Positions 47,177 to 57,896 are shown, counted from the stretch's first letter. The stretch is DNA of 64,000 nucleotides from Dehalococcoidia bacterium (GCA_034421135.1 DAOUKQ010000029.1:76357-140356); one strand, 5' to 3'. Numbers and translations are program-made. The notes: generated from the sequence alone by a model not told the origin.

Positions 47177-48073
47177 ATGACGGCGACCACCATTGACGGC
47201 GCGGCAGTTGCCGCCGGCATCCGCGAGGCGTTGACCCGCCAGGTCGAAGACATGATCGCCGGGGGTCTGCTGCCGCATCTCGCCGTCTTGCTGGTCGGCG
47301 ACGATCCGGCGTCCGCTTCCTACGTCAAGGGCAAGGAACGCGCCGGTCGGCAGACCGGCATCAAGGTCGTCATTCACCGGATCGAAGCGGATTTCGACCC
47401 GCGCCAGACCGAGCGCCGGATCCGGGACCGGATCGACCTGCTCAACGCCGACCCGGATGTCCACGGCATCATCCTCCAGCTTCCGGCGCCAGAAGGCGTC
47501 GATTCCGACGCCTTGCTCGATCGCATCGACCCGCTCAAGGACGTCGACGGACTCCATCCCGTCAACCAGGGACGCATCCTGCAGGGTCGCGAGCGATTCC
47601 TGCCGGCCACCCCGCACGGCGTGCAACAGTTGCTCGTCCGCAGCGGCGCCGATCCGGGCGGCAAGCACGTCGTGATCGTCGGACGCAGCCGGCTCGTCGG
47701 CATGCCGCTCGCCGCCATGCTCGCTCAGAAGCGGCAGGGCGCCAACGCCACTGTGACCGTCTGCCACACCAACACCGCCAACCTGCCCGCGATCACCCGC
47801 AATGCCGACATCCTCGTCGCCGCCACCGGGCGTCCCAACACGATCACGGCCGAAATGGTCCGTCCCGGCGCGACCGTGATCGATGTCGGAGTGAATCGGG
47901 TCGACGATGCGACTCGCAAGCGTGGCTACCGGCTGGTCGGCGACGTCGACTTCGAGGCCGTCAGCGAAGTCGCCTCGGCGATCACGCCGGTGCCCGGCGG
48001 AGTCGGCCCAATGACGGTCGCCATGCTGCTCAACAACGTGACCCGCGCGGCCCGAATCTCGCAACAGCGTTAG
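47177..48073 (+). CDS. folD: Bifunctional 5,10-methylene-THF dehydrogenase / methenyl-THF cyclohydrolase
   Basis: 298 aa from MTATTIDG; YVKGKERAG, VVGRSRLVGMPLAAML, GVGPMTVAMLL; upstream 64 ORF-track codons rejected. Confidence 0.85.
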   Translation: MTATTIDGAAVAAGIREALTRQVEDMIAGGLLPHLAVLLVGDDPASASYVKGKERAGRQTGIKVVIHRIEADFDPRQTERRIRDRIDLLNADPDVHGIILQLPAPEGVDSDALLDRIDPLKDVDGLHPVNQGRILQGRERFLPATPHGVQQLLVRSGADPGGKHVVIVGRSRLVGMPLAAMLAQKRQGANATVTVCHTNTANLPAITRNADILVAATGRPNTITAEMVRPGATVIDVGVNRVDDATRKRGYRLVGDVDFEAVSEVASAITPVPGGVGPMTVAMLLNNVTRAARISQQR

Positions 48074-49579
48074 CTAATCGCGGCGCGGCGACAGGATTCT
48101 CGCCAGCAGCAGCCCGCTCACAAGTACCAGCGCTCCGGCAACGCCGATGAGCGGGTACTCCCAGGGGAACGGTTCCGAGGCTTCGAAGAACGGGCGTTGT
48201 CGGCGCTCATCCTGACGCCGCTCGATCTCAGCCACCCGTTCGGCGATCTCTTCGTCGGAGCGCCCTGCCGAGACCTGCTCCGACTCGTCCGAGTCGTCGC
48301 CCTCCGAGGTTGACTCGGACGCCTCCTGTGTTTCCTCCTCCGGTTCCGGCTGCTCGCTCTGCGACGGCTCGGATTGGGACTGTTGCTCAAGTTCCGACTG
48401 CGACGATTGTTCGTCGTCGGCCACTTCCGGACCGCCGATCACGTCATCCTCGATCACGGTCGAGCGGTCTTCCTCCTGCTCGCGCGGCGGGAGACCGACG
48501 GACGCGCGCCAGGCGTTGTCGAGCCCTTCACGGTCAAGCTCGTACACCGACATCAATGCGTCGTCGACCGATTTGCCCTCCTTGAAGGCGAGGAACAGGT
48601 CGTTCATCTTGGCCTGTCCATACTCGTCGAGCAGGAACAGCACGACGGCGGCGGACTGTCCGTAGAAGATGTCGACGAACCCCGGTCGATTGGAGGGAGA
48701 CTCCATGCTCCGTAACGAGAGCACCAGATCGTTGTTGATCGCGTACTGCAGTGCGCCCCCGCGTCGGTCGAGCCAGTCGCCCTCGGCGATGGTCGCCATG
48801 CCCTCGTCCAACCAGGCCGGTAGATCGCCGTAGGGACCTTCGCCGGCCAGCTTGGTCAGCACATGGGTCAACTCGTGCCGCACGACCCAGCGCGACGGCG
48901 TGTAGATGTGGACGAGGTCGGCCAGGACTCTGGTACCGCCGGTAATCACCGACTCCTCGAACGCCTCCGACTCGATCCGCTCCACCTCGCGCGCGTCGTC
49001 CGAGTTCGCCCAGACGTAGACTTTCATCGGAATCAGTTCGTCCAGACCCAGGAACGGCGAGATCTCCGCCAACGCTTCGAGTCCTTCGCTCAGCATCGAC
49101 TCGGCTACGCCCCGATCGTCGTAGAACACGACCTCCAGCACGCCCTCCTTGAGCGACTCCCACTCAAAGCGTGGATCCTCGTAGCGCCAGACCTGCGAGT
49201 CGGTCTCGACGGTCTCGCCCGACTCGTACTTGAACTCCCAGCGCCACTCGAAATCGGCGCCGGCGGGAATCCAGATCATCGGCGCGCGCGTCGGGAACTC
49301 AGCCGTGACGCGGGTCACGTCGCCCGCCTGGATTTCGGCCGGCTCGCGAGTCGCCGCGCCTTCCGGCAGCACGGTGTAGAGGAAGGTTGCCGACTCAATC
49401 TCGTCGGCGCTGTCGACTAGCGCGGTCACGGTGACCGAGTCGGGCCAGTTGTTTTCGAATCGCATCCCTTGCACCGTCGGCGTCTCCGCCGATTGGGCGT
49501 CAACCGCGGCCCACGCGACCAGCGACGCAACCAGCGCCGCGAGCGCCACTATGCCGGGCCGGATCCTTGCTCGTCTCAT
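48074..49579 (-). CDS. Secreted HExxH zinc-metallopeptidase-like protein with acidic Ser/Glu/Gln-rich region and C-terminal TM anchor
   Basis: 501 aa; signal peptide, HELTHVLTKL...EGMATIAEG (HExxH...E), low-complexity EQQSQSEPSQSEQPEPEEETQEASESTSEGDDSDESEQ, C-terminal helix LIGVAGALVLVSGLLLARIL; 4-nt overlap with prfB. Confidence 0.5.
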   Translation of the reverse strand: MRRARIRPGIVALAALVASLVAWAAVDAQSAETPTVQGMRFENNWPDSVTVTALVDSADEIESATFLYTVLPEGAATREPAEIQAGDVTRVTAEFPTRAPMIWIPAGADFEWRWEFKYESGETVETDSQVWRYEDPRFEWESLKEGVLEVVFYDDRGVAESMLSEGLEALAEISPFLGLDELIPMKVYVWANSDDAREVERIESEAFEESVITGGTRVLADLVHIYTPSRWVVRHELTHVLTKLAGEGPYGDLPAWLDEGMATIAEGDWLDRRGGALQYAINNDLVLSLRSMESPSNRPGFVDIFYGQSAAVVLFLLDEYGQAKMNDLFLAFKEGKSVDDALMSVYELDREGLDNAWRASVGLPPREQEEDRSTVIEDDVIGGPEVADDEQSSQSELEQQSQSEPSQSEQPEPEEETQEASESTSEGDDSDESEQVSAGRSDEEIAERVAEIERRQDERRQRPFFEASEPFPWEYPLIGVAGALVLVSGLLLARILSPRRD

Positions 49580-50713
49580 GCCACGGCCTCCGCATTGCGA
49601 GCCTGTTGGCCAATCTGATGCTCCAGCGAAGCGCGCAGAAAGTCGCCGATCTCGCCGTCGAGCACACTGTCAGTGTCCGATGTTTCGTGCTGCGTCCGCA
49701 AGTCCTTGACCATGCGGTAGGGCTGCAGCACGTACGAGCGAATCTGGTTGCCCCAGCCCGCCTCGATGTGCTCGCCGCGGATCGCCAGGCGCTCCTCTTC
49801 CCGCTTCTGTTCCTCCAACATCAGCAGGCGCGCCTCAAGCACGCGCATCGCCGACTCGCGATTGCGCCGCAGCGAGCGCTCGTTCTGGCAGCTGACCACG
49901 AATCCGGTCGGCACGTGCGTGATCCGCACGGCCGTGGAGTTCTTCTGCACATTCTGCCCGCCGTTGCCCGATGCTCGGTAGACGTCGATCTTCAGATCGT
50001 CCTCGTTGATCGCCACCTCGGCCGCGCCCTCGGTCTCGGGCATGATTTCGACTCGCGCGAACGAAGTATGACGGGCGTGATTCTGGTCGAACGGCGAGAT
50101 GCGGACCAGGCGATGCACTCCGTGTTCGGCGCGCAGCCAACCGTAGGCGCCGCCGCCCTCGGCCTCTCCGCGCACTTCCAGCATCGCCGACTTCAGGCCG
50201 GCCTCGTCGCCGTCGACGATGTCGACCAGGTCCACGTCGAAGCCCGAGCGCTCGGCCCAGCGCTGGTACATGCGCAAGAGCATCTCGGTCCAGTCCTGCG
50301 AATCGACCCCGCCCGACCCGGCGTAAATCGAGATCACGGCGGAGCGGGAATCGTACGGACCCGAGAACGCCAGCTCGAACGAGCGGCGCTCAATCTCATC
50401 CTCAATCGCCAGCGCCTCCGCCGCCAGATCGTCGGCCAGCTCCTCATCCTCAGCCAACTCGAGCAGCTCCACCGCGTCGAGCAGACGCGACTCCAGGCCG
50501 CGCCAGACTTCGACGGTCCGTTGACGCGAGGCGAGCTGTTTCATGGTCGAACGGGCGCGATCGGAGTCGTCCCAGAATCCGGGAGCAGTCGATCGAGTTT
50601 CCAACTTTGCCACTTCGGCCTCGACACCAGCGAGGTCAAAGACGCTCCAGGATGTCGTTTAGCCGGCCCGAGAGGGCCTGTAGCGAGTCGTCCAGTTCAG
50701 TCACGTCTGCCAC
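49576..50713 (-). CDS. prfB: Peptide chain release factor 2, with programmed +1 ribosomal frameshift at CUU-UGA-C (plus coordinates 50635-50641)
   Basis: Frame-0 leader GTG(50713) MADVTELDDSLQALSGRLNDILERL then UGA; +1 frame continues DLAGVEAEVAKLETRSTAPGFWDD... to GGQ motif (RASGNGGQNVQKNSTAVRITH) and stop at 49576; SD-like GGAG 3 nt upstream of CUU exactly as in E. coli prfB. Confidence 0.8.
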
Positions 50714-50786
50714 GTCACAACTCCGGAGTCGCCTGATGAAGCGATGCGCAGTGATGTCAAGCGATCAATCGTTCATCTTGAGCGTA

Positions 50787-51653
50787 CTACCGATTGGGAA
50801 CGATCAACCCGCCCTCGGTGCGGCGCATGCCTTCGGGCGTTGCCCCAGCTTCACGCGCCGAGCCTGCGGCGGCGGCGATGGGATCGATGGGTCGTGGTCC
50901 CGAGTGGTCATGGACCGGCTGCGGCGGTCGCCACGCGGTCGCTGTTCCAGGCTGCGTCTTAGGCGGATTGAGCTGCGCCTGCTCCGGCCGCGCCTGCCAG
51001 AGTCCGATGAACTCGACCAACGACATCGGCTCGACCAGTCCGGCCGCGAACAGCCGGTCGTCGATGAACAGCGCCGGCAACGCATCCACGCCCGAGCGCG
51101 CCCCGATCTCGGAGAACTCCTCAATCGCGAAGACGTCCGTCTGCAGCTTCGGCGACAACAGAGTCGCTGCGCAGGCCGCTAGCGCCGCCTGACCGGAATT
51201 GGGATCCATCGCCGATCCGAGAAGCCGTAGCCGCGTCGGACGTCGCAACTTGCCCAACGCGCGTTTCATCTGCACCGAGGGCTTGGCCTGCCGAGCCGTG
51301 CTGAGCACCATCGCGCGGATCATGGCGACCAGCAGGTGACCGTTCGGCGCTCCGTAGAAGCGCAGCGGCCGGTTCAGCTCGCCGCGAATCAGCACGCAGG
51401 GCACATCGACGATGTCGCGCCGCTCGACCTGCTCGGGCGAGTCTTCGTGTTCGTAGATCGTCAAGGAGATGTGATCCGAGAGCGCCGCGATCTCCTCGTA
51501 CAGTTCTTTCGCCACTTCGCATGACGGTTTGTTCGGCCTCCCCGGCACGACCACACGTCGCGGACTCTGATGAAAGTACTCAAGCTTGAGCGGTCCTTCA
51601 ATCGCCTCGAACTGCTGCTTGATCTGAGCCCGCTCCACGCCTGCCAACGCCAT
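50787..51653 (-). CDS. Thioredoxin-like fold protein (glutaredoxin/DsbA-like, two Trx-like halves)
   Basis: 289 aa from MALAGVERAQIKQQF; PSCEVAKELYEEI and DALPALFIDDRLF Trx-like elements; ORF-track N-terminal 39 codons translate repeat A copy 4 and are rejected. Confidence 0.45.
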   Translation of the reverse strand: MALAGVERAQIKQQFEAIEGPLKLEYFHQSPRRVVVPGRPNKPSCEVAKELYEEIAALSDHISLTIYEHEDSPEQVERRDIVDVPCVLIRGELNRPLRFYGAPNGHLLVAMIRAMVLSTARQAKPSVQMKRALGKLRRPTRLRLLGSAMDPNSGQAALAACAATLLSPKLQTDVFAIEEFSEIGARSGVDALPALFIDDRLFAAGLVEPMSLVEFIGLWQARPEQAQLNPPKTQPGTATAWRPPQPVHDHSGPRPIDPIAAAAGSAREAGATPEGMRRTEGGLIVPNR

Positions 51654-51689
51654 ACCGCTCCTCGCTCTCGGTAGCCAGAATAGCCGCCC

Positions 51690-51870
51690 GACGAGCCTTC
51701 TCCCATACGAGACTTGCGCGTAAGCCTGATCTTCATCGCCTGGGCGCGCATTTCCCATTCCGCGCTTCATGCGGGGACCCGCTCGGCTTGCCTTCGCGTA
51801 CCTGGTTAGGTCCTGGTAGCGCCGACAGGGAACGGGTCCCCGAATAAATCGGGGACTGGGACTGGGATGA
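51690..51870. repeat. MITE/REP-like repeat family A copy 4 (degenerate, inverted orientation)
   Basis: GAGACTTGCGCGTAAGCC ... GGGGACCCGCTCGGC ... GGGAACGGGTCCCCGAATAAATCGGGGACTGGG. Confidence 0.6.
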
Positions 51871-51950
51871 AGCGGGCGAGGGCATGGAGAGCGGGTTCGC
51901 TCCCGCTAGAGAAGACTGGATTGGTACGCTGTCACCGGAGGAGGGAGCTG

Positions 51951-52322
51951 ATGAACGCAGCAGCGGCTCAATACGCCGCCCGAGGGCGAAAGTACCTCGC
52001 ACGGGCCTCAGACGAACTTGCCAGGGATGACCTGGAGCAGGCTTCGGAGAAAGGCTGGGGCGCGGCAGCCCAGTTCGCGAAAGCGGCGGCGGAGCAGCGC
52101 GACTGGCCGCATGGACAGCATCGGCAATTGTTTGGCGTCGTGCGGCGGCTGTCGGACGAGGTTGGCGAGCGCGATCTTCAGGTTCACTTCGGCCTCGCCA
52201 GCGATCTCCACGCCAACTTTTGCGAGGGATTCCTCGAGCAGGAGGATGTGCTGTTTCACCTGGAACACGTCACCCTGTTTGTCGACCGCATCGAGGAGAT
52301 GCTCTCCAACGGCGCCGCGTGA
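51951..52322 (+). CDS. PaREP1-like / HEPN-like helical domain protein
   Basis: ~124 aa from MNAAAAQYAARGRKYL; SEKGWGAAAQFAKAAAE pattern reminiscent of the PaREP1 family, possible R-x4-H (RDLQVH); assignment tentative. Confidence 0.3.
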   Translation: MNAAAAQYAARGRKYLARASDELARDDLEQASEKGWGAAAQFAKAAAEQRDWPHGQHRQLFGVVRRLSDEVGERDLQVHFGLASDLHANFCEGFLEQEDVLFHLEHVTLFVDRIEEMLSNGAA

Positions 52323-52336
52323 CTGGGAACTGCCGC

Positions 52337-53359
52337 TTAACCCTCATCCTGCACGACCCACTCGATAGCGGAGCGCAGCTCGGCTTCGGTCACCGCGCCT
52401 TCGAAGGCGTAGCGGATCACGCCTGCTCCGTCGACCACGAAGACCCACGGTTCCGACGGCAGCCGCCAGGCGGCGAACGCCTCCGACTCAATCAACCGAG
52501 ACGGATTCTCGGGATTCTCGAACACCTCAACGTGAATGCCGGTGATGCGGTCCGAGAAGTCTCGCCAGACCGCCTTCACCGTATCGAGCACCGGCGCGCA
52601 GGTCCGCGAGTGGCAGAACGCCGGTGTGGCGAACGCCAGCAGCAGCGGACGGTCCAGCGCCAGCGCTTCGGCAATCGACATTGCGTAGAGCCCCGGCTCC
52701 GGATCGGGGTCCGACGTCAGCTCGGCGAAGGATGCGACATTGGCTCGCGTTCTTGACGCAACCGACGGCGCACGTTCGCCGACGCCGGGCGCCGCCTGCC
52801 GTTCGCGCACCGAGAAACGGACTCGAATGGTGTCAGCCGTTTGCTCCGAGGTCATCTCCAACAACATGCCCCACAGGCCGGCCGATTCCAGTTGGACGGG
52901 CGTCACGTAGACCCCGCGGCCGATGGGCAGCGATCGGTCGGACACGCTGGCGTTCGCATGACCATGCGCGGCAATGCGAGTGTCCGGGTCGTACGGAATG
53001 AACCGCGCGTACTGCACCGAGCGCGGAACCGCTCGCTCTTCGTCAAGCGCAAACAGGGAGACTCGCACCGTCGGCGGCTCATCAATGGGCCCCAGACCGT
53101 CCAGACTGAACGCGATCCGCTTGACGCCGACGGCCAGGTCCTGCGTCGCCAGAACCGGCAGCCAGGGCGCATCGGGATCGACGCTGGCGACGTCCCACTC
53201 GTCGCCGTTGGCTATATCGCTGGGTCGCTCCGACTGGTCAGACTGTGGCACATCTCCGCAGGCTGAGCCAAGCAAGGCAAGGACGACGACCAACAGGGCC
53301 ATGGCTGTCAACAGGTGGTCAACACTCGACGTAACGAGCGAGCGAGCCGTGTTTGACAT
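52337..53359 (-). CDS. Lipoprotein with C-terminal thioredoxin-like domain
   Basis: 340 aa from MSNTARS; lipoprotein signal LLVVVLALLGSAC; C-terminal FATPAFCHSRTCAP Cys pair in a Trx-like context. Confidence 0.45.
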   Translation of the reverse strand: MSNTARSLVTSSVDHLLTAMALLVVVLALLGSACGDVPQSDQSERPSDIANGDEWDVASVDPDAPWLPVLATQDLAVGVKRIAFSLDGLGPIDEPPTVRVSLFALDEERAVPRSVQYARFIPYDPDTRIAAHGHANASVSDRSLPIGRGVYVTPVQLESAGLWGMLLEMTSEQTADTIRVRFSVRERQAAPGVGERAPSVASRTRANVASFAELTSDPDPEPGLYAMSIAEALALDRPLLLAFATPAFCHSRTCAPVLDTVKAVWRDFSDRITGIHVEVFENPENPSRLIESEAFAAWRLPSEPWVFVVDGAGVIRYAFEGAVTEAELRSAIEWVVQDEG

Positions 53360-53432
53360 TTGGTGGAATGGTCGCTTATACATAAGACGTAAGTGCATAG
53401 GCGCCTGAACAATTGTCCGGAGGCTGGCAGCC

Positions 53433-53654
53433 ATGGCCTATTCCACCACCAACCGTCGCCAGGAGACCTACTTCCTGCACGCGCGGGACATTGAGTTGCG
53501 GAATCACCACTCGCAGCGCATCTACTTCTTCGCCAAGTCCGAAAAGCCGGGCGCGATCGATGAGATACCGGACGGCTACGAGGTCGTCGAGAACAGCCGC
53601 ACCGGATTGCCCGTGCTGCGCAAGATCAAGTCCCCGGCCGACGCCGCCGCATAG
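53433..53654 (+). CDS. Small hypothetical protein
   Basis: 73 aa ORF in the ino1-side intergenic area, no domain recognised. Confidence 0.3.
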   Translation: MAYSTTNRRQETYFLHARDIELRNHHSQRIYFFAKSEKPGAIDEIPDGYEVVENSRTGLPVLRKIKSPADAAA

Positions 53655-53769
53655 GTCGCCCGGAATCGTGGCGAAGCCTCGGCGACTTCTGTCCTGCCAT
53701 GCTTCGTACGCGTCGATCAATGTCACTCTGCCGTGCATTCATGTGCTGGCGTCACACTCTGGTACAGGG

Positions 53770-54579
53770 TCAGCGGGATGATTCTTGAAGCCGTTCGATC
53801 CCCTGACGGTGCAGGCCGCTGTTTGCGGTCGCCAGGACTTGCGAACCCGACTCGATAGAAAGCGAACAGCCCGACCAGTCCGTCATTTGCCCGCCTGCGC
53901 CACGCACAATCGGGGCCAACGCAAGATAGTCCCAGCGCTTGAGCGACGCCTCGCAGACAACTTCCAGGAACCCGGAGGCCAACAGGCCGTAGGCATAGCA
54001 ATCGGCGCCGTAGCGAACCCGCTGTAAGGCTCCCGACAGCCGCGACCATGCCGATTGTTCCGCTCCGGAGAACATCTCAGGCGTGGTTGCGAAGCCGACA
54101 GCCTGCGCGAGATCCGACGTTGAAGAGCTGTGGACAACCTGTGAATTGTGTGTAGTTCGTGCCATGACACCGGGATAGTCAACGCCGGACCAGCGGTCCA
54201 TCAATATCGGTTGGTCAAGTACCCCGACCAGCGGTATGCCGTCTCTGAGTAGCCCGATCAGGGTCCCGAACGTCGGCAAACCAGACACAAACGCGCCTGT
54301 ACCGTCGATGGGATCGATCACCCAGACCCACTCCGCATCGACCCGATCGGAGCCGAACTCCTCGCCGATGATGCCGTGCTCGGGATACCGGTCCGCAATG
54401 CGCTCGCGAATCGCCAGCTCGGCTCCGCGGTCGGCGCGTGTCACCGGCGACCCGTCATCCTTCCGATCGATCTGCATCGGGCTGCGGAACCAGGGTCGGA
54501 TCGCATCGCCCGCAGCGTCCGCGAGCTCACCTGCGAACTGCAGGTACATGTCTGCGACTAACTCACGCGGGTCCGGCAT
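53770..54579 (-). CDS. Inositol monophosphatase family protein (SuhB/HisN-like)
   Basis: 269 aa; metal-binding motifs EEFG, WVIDPIDGT, and C-terminal WDxxA region. Confidence 0.8.
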   Translation of the reverse strand: MPDPRELVADMYLQFAGELADAAGDAIRPWFRSPMQIDRKDDGSPVTRADRGAELAIRERIADRYPEHGIIGEEFGSDRVDAEWVWVIDPIDGTGAFVSGLPTFGTLIGLLRDGIPLVGVLDQPILMDRWSGVDYPGVMARTTHNSQVVHSSSTSDLAQAVGFATTPEMFSGAEQSAWSRLSGALQRVRYGADCYAYGLLASGFLEVVCEASLKRWDYLALAPIVRGAGGQMTDWSGCSLSIESGSQVLATANSGLHRQGIERLQESSR

Positions 54580-54766
54580 GTCTCAAGCCTACCGCGCGCG
54601 TCCTCGGCGTCGCGGTTGGCGGGGTATGTAGCCAGCGACAGCGCCAGGCTCAGGCTGCTGATACATTGCAGTACTCGCAGGTGGACGACGCGGTCGCCAA
54701 CGTGCGGGATTCCGATCCACGTCGGCACATCATGCTTGACCGCAACACTCGCGGAAGGATTGACTC

Positions 54767-55867
<1,101 letters not shown>

Positions 55868-55960
55868 CCGACTGATTGCGTCAGCGCTTCTTCTTGACGA
55901 TGTCATTCCCGCACAGGCGGGAAGCCTTCCAGGATCAGCTCCATCAGAGAGTCCCAAGCC

Positions 55961-56827
55961 ATGCACTGGCTCGCGGCCGGATACTGGACGCTGGGCCGAG
56001 CGGCCCGCGCGCTGCCTCGGCCACTCGCATATGCCGCCGCCAGGCGGCTCATGGACGCCGTCTACCTGGGTTGGCCGCGCGGACGCGACGCCGCCGGTCG
56101 AAACGCCGAGTTTCTGCTGCCGCACATTAACTGGAGCGAAGACGCGACCTCGCTCGCACGAGCCCAGTTCCGTCGCTACGGCGAGTACCTGGTCGACGCC
56201 GTCCGCCTGGACGAGCTATCGCCCGCCGACTGCTTCGAGGCGGTCGGCGGCGACGATCTCGCATGGACCGACCACTGGCGACAACTCGAACAGTGGCACG
56301 GACGACGCCCGATCCTCTTCGCAGTCATCCATTTCGGCAACTGGGACATCCTCGGCGGCGCCCACACGTACCGCATCGGCCCATCGATGGTCCTTGTCGA
56401 CGACCTCGGGCATCCCGCGCTCAACCGAGCCATCCAGGATCAACGAGCCAGACTCGGGATGACTCCCGCGAGCGGACGCGGCGGCCTCAGGCAGGTCATC
56501 AATCACCTCGACGCCAACGGCACGGCCGCCATCCTCTTCGATCGCCCCTTTAGACCCGGCGAGCAAACGACAACCGACACGCTCTTCACCCGCCCGCTTC
56601 GGCTTCCAAACGAGATTCACCGCATCGCCGAGCGAACCGGCGCCAAGGTCGTACCCCTCACCTGCACCCGCCTCGGACACATCTTCCGCTTCCGCCCCCA
56701 CATCGACCTCGACTATCACCCTGGCCAAGCACTGCTCCCCGCCTTCGAGCCCGCAATCCGCTCCGCCCCCGATCAGTGGTACCAGTTTCGGCCCCTCTTC
56801 GACCTGCCTGGATCCGATGCTGACTGA
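55961..56827 (+). CDS. Lysophospholipid acyltransferase (LPLAT; HtrB/PatA-like)
   Basis: 288 aa; HFGNWD acyltransferase H(x)4D motif; context with ino1 and a CDP-alcohol phosphatidyltransferase suggests phosphatidylinositol(-mannoside) acylation. Confidence 0.65.
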   Translation: MHWLAAGYWTLGRAARALPRPLAYAAARRLMDAVYLGWPRGRDAAGRNAEFLLPHINWSEDATSLARAQFRRYGEYLVDAVRLDELSPADCFEAVGGDDLAWTDHWRQLEQWHGRRPILFAVIHFGNWDILGGAHTYRIGPSMVLVDDLGHPALNRAIQDQRARLGMTPASGRGGLRQVINHLDANGTAAILFDRPFRPGEQTTTDTLFTRPLRLPNEIHRIAERTGAKVVPLTCTRLGHIFRFRPHIDLDYHPGQALLPAFEPAIRSAPDQWYQFRPLFDLPGSDAD

Positions 56828-56851
56828 CCGATGGCTGTGCTCGCTTCGCGC

Positions 56852-57346
56852 TTAGGCCTCGGAAGGATCGCGTTGATGGACAACTCGCTCTACCCGATCG
56901 AGACGTCGATGCATCGCACTGATGAACGCGAGCCATTCCATGGCCTCGATCTGGCTGACCGGTAGATCATCCTCGTGGGTGTACGGATTCCGTACGGCGA
57001 CAGCCAAGCCAACGGCGAGAAATCGAAACCCATTATGAAGATCTTGTTTGGTCAGAGAGTCCCGGTGCTCGTGAAAGGCCAGAATCGGTCTGTCTTCTGA
57101 GAACACGTGATTCATTAAGGAGCGGTTATTCAAGTCTGGCCGATCGGCCTGCTCTGCGACCCGGTTCTTGAACCGCTCGGCCGCTTTCCGGACGGCCTCT
57201 TGCGGCTCTCCGACCTCGTAGAGGGACCGTGCAAGCTGCACCTCGTGATGCAGTTGGTCGAACGACAGATGCGAATCGTGGCGCGAGTATTCATCCGCCA
57301 TTGGAAACCAGATCTTGTGCAAGCCCCTGCGCTGCTTCAGCGCCAA
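56852..57346 (-). CDS. HEPN domain protein, Ymh/TIGR02391 family (putative RNase toxin / abortive-infection effector)
   Basis: 164 aa; C-terminal R-x4-H motif VAVRNPYTHEDD in an all-helical domain matching the Hypoth_Ymh (HEPN) family from memory; overlaps the upstream partner gene. Confidence 0.5.
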   Translation of the reverse strand: MALKQRRGLHKIWFPMADEYSRHDSHLSFDQLHHEVQLARSLYEVGEPQEAVRKAAERFKNRVAEQADRPDLNNRSLMNHVFSEDRPILAFHEHRDSLTKQDLHNGFRFLAVGLAVAVRNPYTHEDDLPVSQIEAMEWLAFISAMHRRLDRVERVVHQRDPSEA

Positions 57347-57896
57347 TCACCCGCATCCGCACCAGTCGGTTCTGTGAGCCCGGCTTGCCCCGCACCGCGA
57401 TCAAATCGAGTTTGGTCAGAGTGGTCATGAAGTTCGAGTCGAACTTCCCGTATGCCTCCACCGCCTCGCGAATCTGCTTGGTTCCTGTTTCTATCCCAAG
57501 CGCTGTGCGCGAACCGCACACGAGCAGAGCGATCTGTCGAACCGCTTCCGCTTTCGATCCAGCGAGCTTGCTCGACGGAATCGCCAGGGTCGGAGCCTCT
57601 TGTTCTAGGACGAAGAGGTCAGCCGCCAGTTCCGCGTCAATCCCGAAGTAGCGACCAATCGCCTGGGCCCGTGCCTGTGGCGTGGCGTAACCGGTATCAA
57701 GGTCGGTCATGCCTCGCTCGCTAGAGGACTGCAGCGCCCCGTTCGACTCTCCATTCGTGGACGGGGTCCCAGCAAGTTCATGCTCTAGCAGTTTCTCGAA
57801 CGCGATTTCCCGCAGGCGAAACTCATCGCCGCTGAGCGACTTGGTCGCCTCGCGGACGCGCTCGACGATGGCTGAGAGTTGCTCGGTCGTGGACAC
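57291..57896 (-). CDS. Hypothetical protein, upstream partner of the Ymh-HEPN gene (candidate antitoxin/sensor)
   Basis: 201 aa; helical N- and C-terminal parts separated by low-complexity linker; no recognised domain. Confidence 0.35.
   Translation of the reverse strand: MSTTEQLSAIVERVREATKSLSGDEFRLREIAFEKLLEHELAGTPSTNGESNGALQSSSERGMTDLDTGYATPQARAQAIGRYFGIDAELAADLFVLEQEAPTLAIPSSKLAGSKAEAVRQIALLVCGSRTALGIETGTKQIREAVEAYGKFDSNFMTTLTKLDLIAVRGKPGSQNRLVRMRVIGAEAAQGLAQDLVSNGG

Noticed and set aside
49576-50613. GTG 50613 as the prfB start (345-aa ORF)
   Set aside because: It lacks ~33 N-terminal residues of RF2. The canonical frameshift leader and CUU UGA C site are present upstream.
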